Shown here: positions 40,153-49,067 of the stretch, in pieces
How positions within the stretch are numbered: position 1 is the stretch's first letter
How the letters are laid out: every line of letters starts with the position of its first letter
Source of the DNA: Promethearchaeota archaeon
Lineage (GTDB): Archaea > Asgardarchaeota > Hermodarchaeia > Hermodarchaeales > Hermodarchaeaceae
Length of the DNA stretch: 64,000 bases
Reading direction: 5' to 3'
Assembly: GCA_048938385.1 (NCBI GenBank)
Contig: JBHLMG010000006.1
Location: 1-64,000 of the forward strand
Made by a program: the position numbers and the translations under genes
The notes under the pieces: generated by a model
Seen by the model: only the letters and a program-made list of their open reading frames with translations
Database searches by the model: none
Told to the model about the DNA's origin: nothing

Positions 40153-41412
40153 CTAAACAATCATTTCCAAGAGAGCTTCAACTCGGTTTTCAGCTTGAGC
40201 TTCATTATATTGTTGACTGTCAACCATATCACCTTCGATGATTACACCCGGCACTCCTGTTCTTTGGGTTAATTCTTCCTTTGTTATCATCTGTCCCAAC
40301 GAATAGCGTTTACAAGACCTGACAGAGAAGAGGACAAAGCCATCAAGGTCATAGTCTCTAATCAGGGTTGTCATTTTATCAATTTTAGCAGTTAGTCCTC
40401 TATTGAGATATACCGAGGAGTAGATCTTTGCAATACTCCCAATGAGTGGTCCTTTGGGGATGGGGGCTGACCAGGCATGGGTGTAGGAATCAGCGGGAAA
40501 GACTACACCCTTTTTGGCGAGGGTGTTAAAGAAGTTATATATGGTAAACCAGGGAGGGATGTTGTCCCAAAGCAGACGGACGCGTTCTTCGGTAATAGCT
40601 CCGATTCCTTTTTTGACGCGGTCTGCAACTTCGGCTTCAAAGGCTTGATAGAAGTTGATTGCTTGGGGGGTTCCACGCAGCGCAACGATTGGAGCCATGG
40701 AGAGGAATCGATCTGCGCAATTTAGCGGGGAGGGTTTATTTTTACAGGCTTCTAATGCTTTCGTCCAAAGGCTAACAGCTGTATTGGACATTTCAGCGGT
40801 TTCTTCGAGTTTTTTCTCCTCAAAGGGTTGATTATAAGTTTGGTTGAGGAAGGTGATAAGACCTTCAAGTTTGGTTTTAACATATTCAAGGTGATAATCG
40901 GATTGTTCTCCCTCAAGGGGTGGAGTATCGACTAGATATACAGGAGCTCCAGTCATCTGGGAGACAGCTTCGTACCAGCGTAGGACAGTTCCACAGATAT
41001 TGTTACAGGCTAGTAGAGATTGAGGAATTGGTAAACCCATCAAAGGACTTTGCTCTGGTCGTTGAACTGACCCTATGCTCGATCGAGCATAAGAGCAGAG
41101 TTCTTGAGAGAAGCCCAGTTCTTCCGCGAAGCCGCAGAGGATGGGCCCACATTTCTCAGAGCCTACAATTGCACCGTATTGCTCAGGATAAGCCGCGACA
41201 ATGTTCATGGCGACCGGGATTTCAACAGGAAAGCCTGATGTTACCCAAGCAAGCCGCCCCTCTTGAGACGCGGTTTTTGTACTCAAGATATGAAGCGTCA
41301 TCGTTTCGCGAAGTAGTTTGCTACTGTCCAGTTTCCGGTAGGCTTTTTCTTCTTTTTTCAAAGGTTCTAGATTAGTGTCTTGACTCATGGTCACATCTCC
41401 ATCCTTTACCAA
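40153..41412 (-). CDS. 2-hydroxyacyl-CoA dehydratase / benzoyl-CoA reductase-like subunit (HgdA/BcrB family)
   Basis: ELCSYAR, CNNICGT..WYE, RSCKRYS, EGDMVD. Confidence 0.88.
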   Translation of the reverse strand: MVKDGDVTMSQDTNLEPLKKEEKAYRKLDSSKLLRETMTLHILSTKTASQEGRLAWVTSGFPVEIPVAMNIVAAYPEQYGAIVGSEKCGPILCGFAEELGFSQELCSYARSSIGSVQRPEQSPLMGLPIPQSLLACNNICGTVLRWYEAVSQMTGAPVYLVDTPPLEGEQSDYHLEYVKTKLEGLITFLNQTYNQPFEEKKLEETAEMSNTAVSLWTKALEACKNKPSPLNCADRFLSMAPIVALRGTPQAINFYQAFEAEVADRVKKGIGAITEERVRLLWDNIPPWFTIYNFFNTLAKKGVVFPADSYTHAWSAPIPKGPLIGSIAKIYSSVYLNRGLTAKIDKMTTLIRDYDLDGFVLFSVRSCKRYSLGQMITKEELTQRTGVPGVIIEGDMVDSQQYNEAQAENRVEALLEMIV

Positions 41413-42629
41413 TGATTTGTTAATGTTTCGAGAAAGCTTTGTAAGCGTCCCTCTAGCCGAGCTTTATCGGAGAACTCAGGGTCCAAAGGGAGACGGATAG
41501 CAGGAATTTTTGTCTTCTCAGCGAGTTTTAGGAGTTCGGGAATTTCGAATTGATCCGGATCACAGAAGGATTGTTCACAAATTATGAGCCCATCTATTCT
41601 AAAGAGTGATAAGGCGTTTTGAGCAAACTGGAGCCGAGTTGAGAGGCCTTCCTGCGTGGGTTCGCTCGGAGCAGAAAGAATGCTTTCGGCTAGTTCTTGA
41701 TAGGGATCACCTGATAGATTAGGTGTCTTAGCAAAGAGTGTACGAAAGGTGAAGGACAGCAAGTCAAACACGATTTCCGCACTTTCAATGTCAGCCCCAA
41801 TTCTCGCGTTTTCAAAGAGTAGAGCTAGCCCTTCAGGATCAACCATCCCTCCCACCACCATAATTCGGGGCCCCATCCGTTCAGGGTGAAGTGTAAGCTC
41901 TGTAAATTGTTTTGTGAGGAGACCGTAGCGGAGGGCTTCGGTAGTTGGGAGGAGTTGTTTGGCTCGTAGGGCTGTTTGAACTTCCGTGGCAGCCTGTTCG
42001 ATGTGGTGGAGAGAGTGAGGACTAGGAGCTGTAAGGAATTGCCGAATAAGACGGGCATAGTCGAGGTAAGGAAAGGCATCCGGTAGGAGTAATCGTGCTG
42101 CAGAAATAAATTGTCCTGCGGCTCGAAATTCAGCAATGAGGGCTACCGCCTCTCGGTATTTATCTAATGAGAATTTCTTTCCAAGCAATGCTTGGAGATG
42201 GTAGCTGAGATTTTGAAGTTCTTGGGCAAGGAAGGTGGCAGCTGTTTGGTCTCGAGCTACTGGATAGGTTATTCTCAACACCATATCTTCAGGAAATCGA
42301 GCTCTCCAGATATCTCCAAGATTTTGTAAGGAATCACAGGTTCCGCCTGGAAACGCAATAGCAGCAAGATGTGGAAAGCGTTCCTTCGCTCGTTGGCTAA
42401 AAAGGTTACGAGAATAAGCACAACAAAAGGTTTGCAGGCTCGCTTCATAGGCACCGGTGACTTCGGGATCTGCCCATAAAAGGATTGGAATCAGTTCGTG
42501 GGCGAAGAATAACTCAAGGGGGGCATGCGGGTAAATATATCCTACAAGTGATCGGTTGTTGTTAACTAGGGAATGAAGGAGTTGAAGCCGGCTTGAAACG
42601 AGTTGATCGAAGCTAAGCGTAGTGCTCAT
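41406..42629 (-). CDS. 2-hydroxyacyl-CoA dehydratase / benzoyl-CoA reductase-like subunit (HgdB/BcrC family)
   Basis: PLEL..A, LQTFCCAYSR, TCDSLQNL, FCDPDQFE, RLQSFLE. Confidence 0.82.
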   Translation of the reverse strand: MSTTLSFDQLVSSRLQLLHSLVNNNRSLVGYIYPHAPLELFFAHELIPILLWADPEVTGAYEASLQTFCCAYSRNLFSQRAKERFPHLAAIAFPGGTCDSLQNLGDIWRARFPEDMVLRITYPVARDQTAATFLAQELQNLSYHLQALLGKKFSLDKYREAVALIAEFRAAGQFISAARLLLPDAFPYLDYARLIRQFLTAPSPHSLHHIEQAATEVQTALRAKQLLPTTEALRYGLLTKQFTELTLHPERMGPRIMVVGGMVDPEGLALLFENARIGADIESAEIVFDLLSFTFRTLFAKTPNLSGDPYQELAESILSAPSEPTQEGLSTRLQFAQNALSLFRIDGLIICEQSFCDPDQFEIPELLKLAEKTKIPAIRLPLDPEFSDKARLEGRLQSFLETLTNHW

Positions 42630-42705
42630 GAGAACGCACCAAAACTTTGATTAATCTGCAGGCTTGTGCCTTAAGTCTTCGTACTCGCCTATGAATGAAG
42701 ACCCA

Positions 42706-45693
42706 CTAAAGGTTGCGGAGAATACGATTTACTTCAACCTTTCCCGCTCGTCGGGCGGGAAGATACGCACCGGTAACCAATCCGAGGACAACAAGCCCGA
42801 GGACTGCGGCAAGAAGGCTTATGGGGTATATCGTAATTGAAGGAAGTATGTAAGGTTGCGGAAAGAGCTGTAGGATAGTTGGTAGAAGTATCTGCGAGAA
42901 GACAGAGCCCATTATTAAACTGAAGAGGAAAGCCGCCATGATAAGACCGACGAACTCACCTAATACAATGGCAGTCACTTGACTACGAGTACCTCCGAGT
43001 GCTCGCATGATGGCATATTCAATTTTCCGTTCTTGGACAATAGTGTTAACAAAAACCGTAAGTGCGACAACGCTTATTGCTAGTGATGCTAGGAACCCCA
43101 CGGAGAGAAGGCTAACGATTCCTTGATAGAAGATATATCCATCAGCGTATTCAGTCTTCAAGTCAAAGGTTATTGGCGACCAGACCCGCTGTGCAAAATC
43201 AACAGATTGGACTGCAGTGAGTGCATTTAAGACCGAGGTACCCTCACGCGGTTTTGCTAAGAATAGTTGTGTTCGATCATATTGATAGGGGGAAGGCTCT
43301 CTGGCAGGTAGTTCGACTAACATGAGATGTTCGTGGCAGAAAGCGAAGGGTTGACCTTTTTGAAAACCAAATCCTGGTCTTGCACTAACGGAAGCAGCTG
43401 GATCAGAAGGATTGCTGTAACCAAATCCTGGCGCCGTTCGACAAAGACCTACAATATTTAGAGTTTTGAATTCGTGCTTTTGTAATAGTTGATCCCAAGC
43501 CCGTATTCTGACCGTGTCCCCTACAGTTTTTCCTAAGAGTTCAGCAAGATGAGCGGGAAAGATAGTGCCATTTACATCGTTCGCTAAGCGGTTTAGTACA
43601 ACTTGCCAGTTATCTCCAATCATACTACTACTATCCCAGTTACCTGCAATGGCATAAGCAGCGGGATCAATACCAAGTAAACGAAATTCATAATCCGTAT
43701 TATAAACATCTGCTCGAAGCTCAATGAATCCTGTAGCCGTTTCAATTTGGGGCAGAGTAATAATATCATCAATTCGGGAAACAGGGACGGCTCCACTGTA
43801 GATTCGGATATCGCCCCCGATGTAATATTCTATTTGGCGGTTCACATGACCTTGGTAAGTTTGAGCTTGGACCGCTGAGAAGATAGTTACTGAAAAGGTT
43901 AAGAGCAGAATGATAAGGAGTGGAACAATCCGTGTCCGTCGAACACGAACGCTCGTTGCGAACAGGTGGCTTTTTTGCCCAAAGACTGGATGAAATATTT
44001 TTGAAAATCCAGCTATTCCGGGCTTGATGATTCGTGCTATTGCATCCGAGAGAAGCACCCAAAACCCGATAGCAAGGATGAAGGCGAATAATGCGATATC
44101 TGTGGAGAGGGGAAGAGAAACTAATACGGTAAGAAGTGGCCAGAATATCAAGACGACGACGATTATGTATAAAACCTCAATCCAAGGAGATACCTTCCAT
44201 CGACTGCCGTTCCCTCTGATAGCTGCATAAAGTTCGGTTTGGAGAAATGAGCGGGTAACGAATAGCGTATATATACCAGCTGGGAGGATTGCTGCTAATC
44301 CCGCTATTACCCAAGCTAAGGGCTCAAGTTTAGCTAAACTCAGGTAGTGCAAAAAGATAGTCGTATCGAAAATGAGAAACGAGGACGCAGAAGGAAGTAG
44401 ACAGCCAATCAAGAGCCCAAGAAACCCCCCTAGAACGAGTCCTGAAATCGATAAGACTACGAATTCAAACAGGAGAGTTGCATAAAGCTGTCGGTAGCTA
44501 GCACCGCGAGAACGCAGAATCGCTATTTCAGGCCGTCGCCCTGAGATGAATAGCGTGGTGGTAAAGGTCGTTGAAAGAAAAGAGAGGATTACCATGGGTA
44601 ATACTAGCACTCCCATGGTTCGCCGTTCATGATAAGAATTGATGTAATCGGTCAAACGCATAAGAGTATCACGACCGCCCAAAAAGATATCAAAGGCCTC
44701 TTCTACCCGGGTAAATACGCGGTCAAGTAAGAGGACTGTTTGGTCGATTCCCACAGCGTAGAAGGGTATGGGATCGACTTTTACGAGTAATCTTGGGTAC
44801 ATTACCCATTGGCTAATGAGAATCAAGTCATTAGGCTGTAATTCAGAAGCTGACATAATCATGCTGTCAGTCCAGCCAAAGATGACCTCCTGGCCACCAA
44901 CAGGTCCCCAGTTTACACGGCTTTGAGAAGGAAAGGCTTCAATGAGGGGATCCAGAGTAAGGATCACCTCGTAAATTCCTGCGACTCGTAATCCGTTAAG
45001 ATATGTTGGATTAATCTCACCAATTTGATCAGCGTAATGATAATTGCGGGCAATAGCAACATCAATGATGCTGCCAACTCCAACTTGTAATCCCATGACG
45101 GCTTCGAGATCCTCCACAACTCGTCGACTCAGAAGGATATTTCCAGGCGCTAAACGAAATACACCTTCAAGAATTGTAAAGCTTCGTTCAATACGAGCTA
45201 GAAACTCATTATCCGTGAGAAATGTTTGACAATCTTTTATCCCGCGCCCATAAGGCCAAGGCAGATAGTAATCATTAGGTCGTAGGTCCCCTATTTCAAA
45301 GAGCGCAATTGAACTATGCACGATGAAGGTTTCCTTTGTCGTATCCAATCGGTTAACATAATCCCGTACTGGATAAATTGCATTGGGATCATCGTTAGGG
45401 AAATGGGGGTTTTGGATGCAATAGTAGTGAAATGGTGTGTTGGAGAAATAGTCGTCAATAGCGACACGGCCACCAGTGTCGGTCCACACAAAAATTGAGG
45501 TAACTAAGGTTGCACCAATCATGATTCCAATCAGGAGGCTGATGGATCTGCGTTTGTTCCGACGAATGGCATGAAAAACATAGCCAGCCACATAGAGCGC
45601 ACGACTAACTACTCCTTTTTCCGCAGCACTCTGTGAAGTGGGGACGGGGGGTTCTTCGAATTCATCAAAATTCTCCGTCGGTTCTGAAGCCAA
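42706..45693 (-). CDS. Large FtsX/MacB-type ABC permease (two FtsX domains)
   Basis: RRPEIAILRSRGAS and ERKIEYAIMRALGGT motifs, large extracellular loops, ends PARRA...RNL. Confidence 0.9.
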   Translation of the reverse strand: MASEPTENFDEFEEPPVPTSQSAAEKGVVSRALYVAGYVFHAIRRNKRRSISLLIGIMIGATLVTSIFVWTDTGGRVAIDDYFSNTPFHYYCIQNPHFPNDDPNAIYPVRDYVNRLDTTKETFIVHSSIALFEIGDLRPNDYYLPWPYGRGIKDCQTFLTDNEFLARIERSFTILEGVFRLAPGNILLSRRVVEDLEAVMGLQVGVGSIIDVAIARNYHYADQIGEINPTYLNGLRVAGIYEVILTLDPLIEAFPSQSRVNWGPVGGQEVIFGWTDSMIMSASELQPNDLILISQWVMYPRLLVKVDPIPFYAVGIDQTVLLLDRVFTRVEEAFDIFLGGRDTLMRLTDYINSYHERRTMGVLVLPMVILSFLSTTFTTTLFISGRRPEIAILRSRGASYRQLYATLLFEFVVLSISGLVLGGFLGLLIGCLLPSASSFLIFDTTIFLHYLSLAKLEPLAWVIAGLAAILPAGIYTLFVTRSFLQTELYAAIRGNGSRWKVSPWIEVLYIIVVVLIFWPLLTVLVSLPLSTDIALFAFILAIGFWVLLSDAIARIIKPGIAGFSKIFHPVFGQKSHLFATSVRVRRTRIVPLLIILLLTFSVTIFSAVQAQTYQGHVNRQIEYYIGGDIRIYSGAVPVSRIDDIITLPQIETATGFIELRADVYNTDYEFRLLGIDPAAYAIAGNWDSSSMIGDNWQVVLNRLANDVNGTIFPAHLAELLGKTVGDTVRIRAWDQLLQKHEFKTLNIVGLCRTAPGFGYSNPSDPAASVSARPGFGFQKGQPFAFCHEHLMLVELPAREPSPYQYDRTQLFLAKPREGTSVLNALTAVQSVDFAQRVWSPITFDLKTEYADGYIFYQGIVSLLSVGFLASLAISVVALTVFVNTIVQERKIEYAIMRALGGTRSQVTAIVLGEFVGLIMAAFLFSLIMGSVFSQILLPTILQLFPQPYILPSITIYPISLLAAVLGLVVLGLVTGAYLPARRAGKVEVNRILRNL

Positions 45694-45821
45694 TTTCTAC
45701 GCCTTGCCGTCGATTTTAATTATTGAGCCGCTAGCTGATTGGTTGCGTAACTCATTTTTGAAGCGGATGGAACGGGGTAATGACCGCGTGAGAGAATTGT
45801 GAGCCCAAAAAACTTTTGGAA

Positions 45822-45840
45822 GGGACAATAATATTATCCC
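45822..45840. promoter_or_regulatory. Imperfect palindrome, candidate operator between divergent ABC genes
   Basis: GGGACAATA-A-TATTATCCC, with 8 of 9 arm positions complementary. Confidence 0.35.
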
Positions 45841-45872
45841 ACACAAGCTTTTGACCTCAATGAAAAGGCATA

Positions 45873-46856
45873 TTGCCTACTAGATATGAGCAGGAACAGA
45901 AACGGGGGTTTGCCTTGACAACAGCTATCAGCATCTCAGAGTTGTCCAAGTTCTTTGGAAAAACCAAAGCCGTCAATGGAATATCTTTAGATGTTATGCG
46001 TGGTGAGGTATTTGGTTTCCTTGGACCAAACGCTGCAGGAAAATCCACAACAGTAAAAGTTGCGGCCACTTTACTCAGTCCGACTAAGGGCACCATCGAG
46101 GTTGACGGTCACGATGTCCGAACCGAGTCGGTGGATGTCAGAGCAAATATTGGTTTACTTCCGGAGGACGGAGCAACAACTCATTATGACCGCCTATCTG
46201 CATATCAGAATCTTGAGTATTTTGGACGTCTTTATGATGTACCGGAAGAAAAACTACAGGACCGAATTCCACAGCTTTTAGAATTCCTTGAACTCTCAGA
46301 CCGAACAAATGACTCGCCCGCTACTTTCTCAACTGGCCTCAAACAGAAATTGTCCTTAGCGCGCTCTATGATTCATGACCCAAGTGTCGTCTTCTTGGAC
46401 GAACCTACTTCGAATCTAGATCCTATTATGTCGCACAAGATCCGGGAGTTCATTGACCAACAAGCAGGCTTGAGAAAACAAACATTCTTTCTTTGTACGC
46501 ATCTTCTCTCAGAGGTCGAAAAGCTTTGCGACCGGGTTGGCTTTATTTCAAAGGGCATTTTGGTTGAAGTTGGACGGCCAACGGAATTACGTCGTAAGTT
46601 TTGGAAGGTTCGAACCTACGAACTTCACCTCAGCGAGGTAGACCCCTCAAAAGCTCAAGCAATTATTCAGTCCACAGGATTAACTGCAGATATACGAACA
46701 GAGGAGAAAGTAGTGATTTTCGATATAGAAAAAGCAGAGCAGAGGAACCCCCAAATCTTGAAGGCCTTGATTGAATCGAAGATTAAGGTAGTCGAATTAC
46801 GCGAGCGTGTTCCAGACCTAGAAGCTGTCTATTATAAGGTAATTGGAGGAGCGTAG
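45873..46856 (+). CDS. ABC-2 type exporter ATP-binding protein (start possibly TTG at 45915)
   Basis: Walker A GPNAAGKST, signature FSTGLKQK, Walker B VFLDEPT, H-loop CTH. Confidence 0.92.
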   Translation: MPTRYEQEQKRGFALTTAISISELSKFFGKTKAVNGISLDVMRGEVFGFLGPNAAGKSTTVKVAATLLSPTKGTIEVDGHDVRTESVDVRANIGLLPEDGATTHYDRLSAYQNLEYFGRLYDVPEEKLQDRIPQLLEFLELSDRTNDSPATFSTGLKQKLSLARSMIHDPSVVFLDEPTSNLDPIMSHKIREFIDQQAGLRKQTFFLCTHLLSEVEKLCDRVGFISKGILVEVGRPTELRRKFWKVRTYELHLSEVDPSKAQAIIQSTGLTADIRTEEKVVIFDIEKAEQRNPQILKALIESKIKVVELRERVPDLEAVYYKVIGGA

Positions 46857-47598
46857 TATGTGGAAAAAGCCTTGGTTAATTGCACGAACTGAAATTCCCA
46901 TGGTGTTCAAAAGCCGATATGTGCGTATGATTCCTGTCATCTTGGTATTGATGTCTGTTGGTTTTGGTGGTGTGATGACCTTCCTTGTCTTGAGTTGGGG
47001 AATGACGGATCCAGTGGTTTTCAGCTTAATAATGGCAAGTGGAATGGGAATGGTCATCGTTATGTTACCAGTAATGTTGCCCGTGATGATAGCGGCGGAC
47101 TCCATTGTGGGCGAAAAGGAACGACATACCTTGGTGCCCCTGTTGAGTACACCTTTAACTGATGGAGAATTGCTTCGTGGCAAGATACTCACAGCCCTGA
47201 TTCCCGGTCTGCTAGTCGCCTATGGTAACCTAGTTTTAGCAGTTGCCATTGTTAACGGAATTGTCTTCTTTATGGCTCCACACCTGTTATGGGTGTGGCC
47301 GACATTCCTTCCCCTAGTCCAAGCGATAGTGATGCCTTTTCTCTTTTCGTTCCTTGCAGTAGCAATCATGGTCATTCTTTCTGGTCGAGCCAACACCGTT
47401 TATGATGCTTACCAAACTGGCGGGGTTCTCATTCTTCCTGCCATGATTTTCGGCTACTCGTCGTTTCTAGAGGGAACTGGGTTTGATTGGACAATCTTCG
47501 TCATTGGTTCAATCATAATGCTCATTTTAAACCTGATATTGTATCGTGTCGCCATTCGTCTGTTCAGTCGAGATGAACTAATTACCCGAACCGGGTAG
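46843..47598 (+). CDS. ABC-2 type permease
   Basis: AADSIVGEKERHTLVPLLSTP...LLRGK motif; about 6 TM. Confidence 0.9.
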   Translation: MEERSMWKKPWLIARTEIPMVFKSRYVRMIPVILVLMSVGFGGVMTFLVLSWGMTDPVVFSLIMASGMGMVIVMLPVMLPVMIAADSIVGEKERHTLVPLLSTPLTDGELLRGKILTALIPGLLVAYGNLVLAVAIVNGIVFFMAPHLLWVWPTFLPLVQAIVMPFLFSFLAVAIMVILSGRANTVYDAYQTGGVLILPAMIFGYSSFLEGTGFDWTIFVIGSIIMLILNLILYRVAIRLFSRDELITRTG

Positions 47599-47638
47599 CA
47601 GAAAATAGAATCTATCGAATTACGGAGGATTTCACAAA

Positions 47639-47941
47639 ATGACCAAAATCTATCGAATAATTGCACGGGTTCATGAACTGCGTCAACAACCTGGTAAGAG
47701 TCCTTGTCGGCTTTACAAAGTTGGTGAAGAGTTTGATCTCTCCAAGCTGGATGAAAGGGCCAAGATCTGTCGCTGGGCGTTTAATTCCCTCTTCCCCTTT
47801 CTCACAGTCTTAGAGTTTGGAGGAGCCTTACCTTGGGAGCCTGATCCTGACCGCGCATATGTAGCCTGTCCAGATCCCCATAACATCGTGGTATTTGAAC
47901 TCCGTCGAGTTGGTGAACTAGAAGACCGCGCGCCCACCTAA
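47639..47941 (+). CDS. TIGR04076-like small Cys-containing protein
   Basis: PCRLYKVGEEF..ICRWAFNSLFP...GG...VACPDP...VVFEL pattern. Confidence 0.75.
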   Translation: MTKIYRIIARVHELRQQPGKSPCRLYKVGEEFDLSKLDERAKICRWAFNSLFPFLTVLEFGGALPWEPDPDRAYVACPDPHNIVVFELRRVGELEDRAPT

Positions 47942-48039
47942 CTTATCAAATGTTTACTGATCAGGGGTGTTTCAGGCGCTTTTCCACTAGGCTGTACAAG
48001 TAGCCAGAAGTAATTTCGACCAGAGAATTTGGATCGGAG

Positions 48040-49053
48040 CTAGAGGGCTGTTCCACAATTCGGACAGGTAACGCGATTAGAAGCCACTAATTTACCGCAG
48101 ATTCTACAGGTAACAAGGCGGACTTGTACTGCCACTGCATCTTCGATGGCGGATGGAGTGAGGAGTATTCGTCCTTCATTGACCTCGATTTGGAATCGTC
48201 GGGGATGTCCAAGTTCGCGTAAAATGTTTTCAGGGAGAGGAAGGCGATCTTGGTTATCTAATTCGAGGACCCGAGTGCGTTCAAGCGATTTGAGGTGGAC
48301 ACCTGCGTCATGAGTACCACTGATAATTCCATCTCGGAGTTCAAGGGTACGCCGGGCTTTGGAGGCTATGAGTTGGCTATGGGTAACGATGAGGAAAGCG
48401 GTTCCAAAGTCTTTATTGAGGTCCTTGAATAGGTCAAGGATTTCCTCCGCATTAATTAGGTCTAAATCACCGGTGGGTTCGTCTGCGAGTACCAACGCAG
48501 GATTGTTCATGAGCGCCGAGGCAATTGCTACGCGTTGGCGTTCGCCACCGGATAGCTTTCCAGGAATGTGATCCATTCGGTTTCCTAGGCCTACTGCCTT
48601 TAGAAGTTCTTCGGATCGATCTCGTCGCCAAGCTTTTGAAAACCCAGCAATACGTGCACTAAGCTCCACATTTTGTCTGGCTGTCATATGATGCAGGAGG
48701 TTATCGACTTGAAAGACGAACCCGATAAACCCTCGTCGTGCAGCAGTAATTGTTAGATCATCGAGTTTCGAGATGTCCTGTTTGATATTAGACCAATAGA
48801 CTTGACCAGCACTAGGGCGAAGGGTGCCACCAAGAATGTTTACTAGGGTGGTTTTTCCACTTCCCGAGGGACCGACTATTGCGACGATTTCGCCTTGGAA
48901 GATTTGAAAGGAAACACCCCGAAGAGCAACAGTTTCAATTTCCCCAGTTTGGTATATCTTGTAACAATCGTTTGCCATTAAGACTAGGTCTTCAGGTACT
49001 TCGGCGAATTCTTCTTCTTTGACCAAACCTGTGATAAGTTCTTGTGATGTCAT
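48040..49053 (-). CDS. LolD/MacB-type ABC ATPase with C-terminal AbrB-like and Zn-ribbon domains; start moved to MTSQEL at 49053
   Basis: GPSGSGKT, LSGGERQR, LADEPTG; C-terminal LDNQDRLPLP..EGRILLTP and CRICG..CPNCG. Confidence 0.88.
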   Translation of the reverse strand: MTSQELITGLVKEEEFAEVPEDLVLMANDCYKIYQTGEIETVALRGVSFQIFQGEIVAIVGPSGSGKTTLVNILGGTLRPSAGQVYWSNIKQDISKLDDLTITAARRGFIGFVFQVDNLLHHMTARQNVELSARIAGFSKAWRRDRSEELLKAVGLGNRMDHIPGKLSGGERQRVAIASALMNNPALVLADEPTGDLDLINAEEILDLFKDLNKDFGTAFLIVTHSQLIASKARRTLELRDGIISGTHDAGVHLKSLERTRVLELDNQDRLPLPENILRELGHPRRFQIEVNEGRILLTPSAIEDAVAVQVRLVTCRICGKLVASNRVTCPNCGTAL

Positions 49054-49067
49054 TTTTTTTCTCCTTT

